Origin: an uncultured delta proteobacterium
Lineage (GTDB): Bacteria > Desulfobacterota > Binatia > UBA9968
Length of the DNA stretch: 64,000 nucleotides
Assembly: GCA_963804165.1 (NCBI GenBank)
Contig: CAWDPO010000003.1
Coordinates: 256,359 to 320,358 of the forward strand
Direction: 5' to 3'
This document shows positions 59,828 through 64,000 of this stretch, piece after piece. The notes below the pieces were generated by a model. The model was not told the DNA's origin. It saw only the letters and a program-made list of their open reading frames with translations, and did no database searches. The translations under genes and the position numbers were made by a program. Every line of letters starts with the position of its first letter. Position 1 is the stretch's first letter.

Positions 59828-61974
59828 GCGAGCTTGATTGGAAGTCCGATTTAACTTCGCTGCTCAGTCCCCAATCCGTTGCCCTCATCGGCGCTTCGGA
59901 AAGCTCGGCCTGGTCGAGCGCGCTTGTGCAAAATCTTACGGAGCTTGGCTACCAGGGAAAACTCTATCCGGTCAATCCGAAGCGGGAGAAAGTTTTCGGT
60001 ATCAAGTGCTATCCGTCGGTCATCGACATTCCCGGACCGGTGGATGTTTTCGTCATCGCCATCTCGCGGGACTTCATCTTGCCCGTCCTGCAAGAGTGCG
60101 CGCGCAAGGAAATTCGCTCCGGCGTGATCATCTCCGCCGGTTTTGCCGAAGCGTCGGACGAAGGCAAAGCGATTCAACGACAAATCGTCGACATTGCAAG
60201 CAACGCGAAGATCCGAATTTGCGGCCCTAACAGCTTCGGCGTCGCCAATTTACATCAAGGTGTCTCGCTGATCTCCAGCTCTGAAATCCGTTACTTGAAG
60301 CCGGGCGGGGTTTCCTTGCTTTTCCAAAGCGGCGGGTTACTCAATGCGGCGTTGTTGGCCGCATGGGACCGTAGTTGGGGCATCGGCTACGCGATCTCGT
60401 GCGGTAACGAAGCGGTGCTGAGCATTGCCGACTATGCCGATTATCTGATCCGCGATGAAAACACTCGCGTGCTCGGGATCCTTACCGAGGGGTTTAGAGA
60501 CTCGCAGAAATTCTTGCGCGTGGCCAAGCTCGCCGCGGAACGGAACAAGCCGATCGTTGTCCTGAAGCTTGGCAGATCGGAAAAGGGCAAACATGCGGCG
60601 CAGGCGCACACTGGAACCTTGGTCGGAGCCGATGCGGTGTACGACGCGGTGTTCCGGCAGTATGGCTTGATCCGAGTCGGCGATCTCGATGATTTTATCG
60701 ACACCGTCGAGCTGTTCTCGAAGCGAAAAAAACTTCACGGTCAGCGCGTCGGCGTGATCGTGCCGTCGGGCGCCGAATGCGGTTTGGTCGCCGACACGGC
60801 GGACGAGGCCGGCATCGAGCTTGCGGAGCTGTCGCCCAAAACCGTCGAGAAACTTTCGAACGCGCAGTCGTCTTATCTTTCCGTGCGTAATCCGCTCAAT
60901 GCGCCGGAGCGCTACGTCAGGCGCGGCGAGGTGTTCCGAGAGTGGATCCAAACCCTGGTGGACGATGAAAACCTCGATATCGTCGGCCTGCGGCTGCCGT
61001 TGCCGCGCCGGCGCGCAGACGACGACGTTATCGCACGCTTTACCGACTTGGCGGCGATCGCCGAGCGCACGGAGAAGCTGATCGTCCTGTTTTCGCGCGC
61101 GTCCATCAGCTTGCCGGAATACTGGCGCAAGCTGCTGGCCGAGCACAATATTCCTTTTCTGCTCGAATATCGTCGCGGCTTTAAAGCGCTCAAGGCGCTG
61201 GTCGATTACGAACGGTTTGTGAATAAAGATCACACCCTGGACGAGAAGGTCAGGGTAGAGATCGACCGGCACAGAATCACGCAGTTGCTTACCGTCAGCG
61301 GGGCTGCGTTGACTGAGCGGCTGGGCAAAAAAATTCTGTCTAAATACGGTATACCAACGACGCGCGAGGGGCTCGCGCAGACCGAAGAGGACACACTTCG
61401 GTTGGCCCAAGAATTCAGCTATCCCGTCGTCCTCAAAGTGGAGTCTGCCGAGATCACACATAAGACCGAGGCGGGTGGCGTTAAGCTCAATATTCAAAAC
61501 GAAACGGAATTGCGCCGCGCTTATCGCGAGATCCTCGCCAACGCGGTGCAATATAATGCCCAGGCGAAGGTCAACGGTGTTATCGTTCAAGAAATGATCC
61601 AGGGCGGCAAGGAAGTGATTGTCGGCATGACTCGCGATCCGCAGTTTGGCCCGGTGGTTGTCGTGGGACTCGGCGGTATCTTTGTCGAAGTCATCCAGGA
61701 CGTCGCCATGCGCATAGCGCCTTTGACAATGAGCGATGCGCGGGAAATGCTCGGCGAGCTCAAAGGATATCGCATACTTCAGGGCGTACGCGGCGAGCCC
61801 GAGAGCGATATCGATGCCCTCGCGGAGGTTCTTTGCCGTTTTTCGCGGCTGTCGATGGATGTCGTGGAAAAGGTCGCGGAGATCGATATCAATCCGTTGA
61901 GAGTGTTTGAAAAAGGCAAAGGCGTCTTAGCGCTCGATTGCATGATGACGCTGAGGGACCGACATGAAGATTGA
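59824..61974 (+). CDS. Acetate--CoA ligase (ADP-forming)-like acyl-CoA synthetase
   Basis: PQSVALIGAS, GPNSFG, QSGG, AHTG, HKTEAGGV, DINPL. Confidence 0.92.
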   Translation: MSELDWKSDLTSLLSPQSVALIGASESSAWSSALVQNLTELGYQGKLYPVNPKREKVFGIKCYPSVIDIPGPVDVFVIAISRDFILPVLQECARKEIRSGVIISAGFAEASDEGKAIQRQIVDIASNAKIRICGPNSFGVANLHQGVSLISSSEIRYLKPGGVSLLFQSGGLLNAALLAAWDRSWGIGYAISCGNEAVLSIADYADYLIRDENTRVLGILTEGFRDSQKFLRVAKLAAERNKPIVVLKLGRSEKGKHAAQAHTGTLVGADAVYDAVFRQYGLIRVGDLDDFIDTVELFSKRKKLHGQRVGVIVPSGAECGLVADTADEAGIELAELSPKTVEKLSNAQSSYLSVRNPLNAPERYVRRGEVFREWIQTLVDDENLDIVGLRLPLPRRRADDDVIARFTDLAAIAERTEKLIVLFSRASISLPEYWRKLLAEHNIPFLLEYRRGFKALKALVDYERFVNKDHTLDEKVRVEIDRHRITQLLTVSGAALTERLGKKILSKYGIPTTREGLAQTEEDTLRLAQEFSYPVVLKVESAEITHKTEAGGVKLNIQNETELRRAYREILANAVQYNAQAKVNGVIVQEMIQGGKEVIVGMTRDPQFGPVVVVGLGGIFVEVIQDVAMRIAPLTMSDAREMLGELKGYRILQGVRGEPESDIDALAEVLCRFSRLSMDVVEKVAEIDINPLRVFEKGKGVLALDCMMTLRDRHED

Positions 61975-61997
61975 TTCTGCTGAAAAACCCCTCATGG

Positions 61998-62180
61998 TTA
62001 TTTTCTTTTCTTAGGTCGTTGGCGGATGAGGAAGAGTTTGTAACGGGTGTCGACTTTCCACTGCACCATCTCCCCTGGTTCGATATCAATGGCCGCAGCT
62101 AGAGGCAGCGGCAAGTTAACATAACACTGAGAGACGGCCTTTTTGCGGCGGATGGCCTGGACTTTAGTGGGATAGTTCAT
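61998..62180 (-). CDS. Small AbrB/MazE-like protein inside the IS
   Basis: YVNLPLPLAAAIDIEPGEMVQW resembles the swapped-hairpin signature; basic tail. Confidence 0.7.
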   Translation of the reverse strand: MNYPTKVQAIRRKKAVSQCYVNLPLPLAAAIDIEPGEMVQWKVDTRYKLFLIRQRPKKRK

Positions 62181-62208
62181 TTGGCGACTCTAGTTAATTA
62201 AATAGACG

Positions 62209-62237
62209 TTGACAAGCGAAGATGTTGCCTTCATGAT
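62209..62237 (+). promoter_or_regulatory. sigma70 promoter predicting a leaderless transposase mRNA
   Basis: TTGACA-17 nt-CATGAT, ATG 6 nt later, no Shine-Dalgarno. Confidence 0.6.
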
Positions 62238-62243
62238 TTTTCC

Positions 62244-63860
62244 ATGAGCGTAAGAGCCGCCGATGCCCAGAGAAGCTTTTATCATACCGACTATCTTGCT
62301 GGAAATCTTTTCGGTCCGGCCAACCGCTACCGGCTGTTTAGGGAAAAGATCTGGCCCAAGCTTTTAGAGCTTTCAGCTAAGCTTCATGCGCTTTACTGCG
62401 AGGATAACGGGCGACCGGCTATCGATCCGGTGCTGTTATGCGGGGTGACGCTGCTGCAGTTCATGGAGAAAGCGGCCGACCGCTCGGCCACCGAGCAGGT
62501 GGTGTATCACTTGGGTTGGAAGTACGCCCTGGATTTGGAACTGGACTACGACGGGTTTCATTCCACGGTGTTGGTTTATTTTCGCGACCGGCTGGAAAAG
62601 AAAAAAGCCGAGCGGATGATTTTTGACGGGATCTTAAAGCTCCTGGTGGAGTTGGGATTGGTGAAGAAAAAGGGCAAGCAGCGGCTCGATAGCACCCATA
62701 TCGTGGGATACGTGAAAGCGATGAGCTACTTGGAGTGCGCGATGGAGACGCTGCGCTTGGCGGTGGAGGATTTGGAACATGAAGTTGGGAAGAAAAAGCG
62801 GCCCGAGTTTTGGGACAGACTATGGGAGTTGTACGTGCAGAGCAAACTCGATTGGCGATTAAGCAAGACCGAGCACGATAGGCGCTATCGGCAGTGTGGG
62901 CAACACATGAGAGAGCTTTTGGAGTGGCTAGACAGAAATGATTCTAAGCTCAGGGAACGGGAGGCGGTGAAACTTTTGCGCCGGGTCTTTGAGGAGCACT
63001 TTGAGGTGGTCGAGGGAAAGCTTGAGCCCGCCACCAAGCGGCCGCCCCGCGCGGTACAGAACCCGCATGATCCCGATGCGCATTATGCCGATAAGAGGAC
63101 CAAGCAGTGGACCGGCTACAAGGTGCATGTGGCGGAGAGCGTCGATCCACAACAACCCATCAAGAAAAAAGGCGAGCCCGCCGAGCATTTTATTACCGAG
63201 ATACTGACCACCGAGGCGGCCCAGGACGAGATGGCGGGTTTAACCGAGACGCTCAAAAGAGAACAGCAGCACCATGAGATCACACCCCAGGCGATGTATA
63301 CCGATGCCGGTTACGTCACCGAGAACACCTTAACGCAAGCTGAACAAAACGGCATCGAGTTATTAGGCCCGACGCGTCCCGACCCGCACAAGGGAGCGTA
63401 CAATAGCGATGCGTTCCATGTTGATATCGACAAACGCCAGGCGGTTTGTCCCCAGGGCAAACTCAGCACGCAGTGCAGCCGCATCAAAGATAGCTACATG
63501 GGAACCGAGTACTATCGCATCGAGTGGGGTAATCAATGTGATAGTTGTCCTGTACAAAATCAGTGTACACGTTCCAAGAGTGGACGGAGAACTTTGGTCG
63601 TGGGACTGCGCCATGATCTGGTCGAGCAGCGGCGCAGAGAAATGAAACAGAGCGGGTTCTCAAAGAGCATGCATCCGCGAAACGGGATAGAGGGGACCCA
63701 CAGCGAGTTGGTGCGCGGGCACGGGCTGAGACGGACGAAATATCGGGGGCTGAGCCGAGTCGGGCTATCGCATTATTTGATGGGAGCCGCTTGCAATGTG
63801 AAACGATATCTAAATCTGCTCGCCTTCCAGATGAGAACATCGGCTCTGAGCCCTGCCTAA
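62244..63860 (+). CDS. DDE transposase (IS1182/IS5-like)
   Basis: GRPAIDP, QRLDSTH, DPDA, GYKVH, DAGY, CPQG..C..C..C Zn motif, RNGIEG. Confidence 0.92.
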   Translation: MSVRAADAQRSFYHTDYLAGNLFGPANRYRLFREKIWPKLLELSAKLHALYCEDNGRPAIDPVLLCGVTLLQFMEKAADRSATEQVVYHLGWKYALDLELDYDGFHSTVLVYFRDRLEKKKAERMIFDGILKLLVELGLVKKKGKQRLDSTHIVGYVKAMSYLECAMETLRLAVEDLEHEVGKKKRPEFWDRLWELYVQSKLDWRLSKTEHDRRYRQCGQHMRELLEWLDRNDSKLREREAVKLLRRVFEEHFEVVEGKLEPATKRPPRAVQNPHDPDAHYADKRTKQWTGYKVHVAESVDPQQPIKKKGEPAEHFITEILTTEAAQDEMAGLTETLKREQQHHEITPQAMYTDAGYVTENTLTQAEQNGIELLGPTRPDPHKGAYNSDAFHVDIDKRQAVCPQGKLSTQCSRIKDSYMGTEYYRIEWGNQCDSCPVQNQCTRSKSGRRTLVVGLRHDLVEQRRREMKQSGFSKSMHPRNGIEGTHSELVRGHGLRRTKYRGLSRVGLSHYLMGAACNVKRYLNLLAFQMRTSALSPA

Positions 63861-64000
63861 GGCTAAGAGCGAGCCACTTCTCTTGCTTGTGGCGCCGTAG
63901 CAGGTCAAAATTTCTCGCTCGGCAACATTACCCTCGTCGTAGCACCATTCTTAACGTCGATCACAAATCAAAATGAGGGGTTCTTCAGCAGAATCCTAAT

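Larger units (their letters stand above)
61973..63995 (+). mobile_element. IS1182-like insertion sequence with passenger gene
   Basis: 23-bp terminal IRs GATTCTGCTGAA(A/G)AACCCCTCAT (22/23 match) enclosing two genes. Confidence 0.88.

Noticed and set aside
60337-61590. 417-aa minus-strand ORF and similar long overlapping ORFs elsewhere
   Set aside because: Antisense shadows typical of GC-rich coding DNA

Overview
GC-rich bacterial chromosomal window. The many orphan NMT1/THI5-type solute-binding proteins, Rieske oxygenases, LLM and VOC enzymes and short intergenic repeats resemble Candidatus Binatia/Deltaproteobacteria genomes; that assignment is inference only. It is mostly transport and catabolic genes: a sugar ABC operon, about 13 orphan binding proteins, a Rieske/CoA cluster, and a LysR-controlled decarboxylase/LLM/thiolase-DUF35/acyl-CoA ligase operon. 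Notable items: (1) An IS110-family (IS1111-type) element at 57840-59159 sits inside a REP palindrome. Its 3' non-coding end contains guide-like sequences matching both the insertion site and its own circle junction (bridge/seek RNA). (2) An integrase-less integron cassette array (about 36580-42510) has four recognisable attC sites and unusual long att-like spacers, one carrying a promoter. Its cassettes include a Macro-like/TIR fusion (defence candidate) and gfa. (3) A candidate sigma54-driven structured ncRNA lies at 4305-4546. (4) An unannotated 41-aa sigma54-driven lipoprotein is divergent from an orphan NtrC-type activator. (5) An IS1182-like element carries an AbrB-like passenger gene and a probably leaderless transposase. 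(6) A zincin + ATP-grasp gene pair. At least seven genes carry single-base frameshifts, probably sequencing artefacts. No rRNA, tRNA or CRISPR array was seen.
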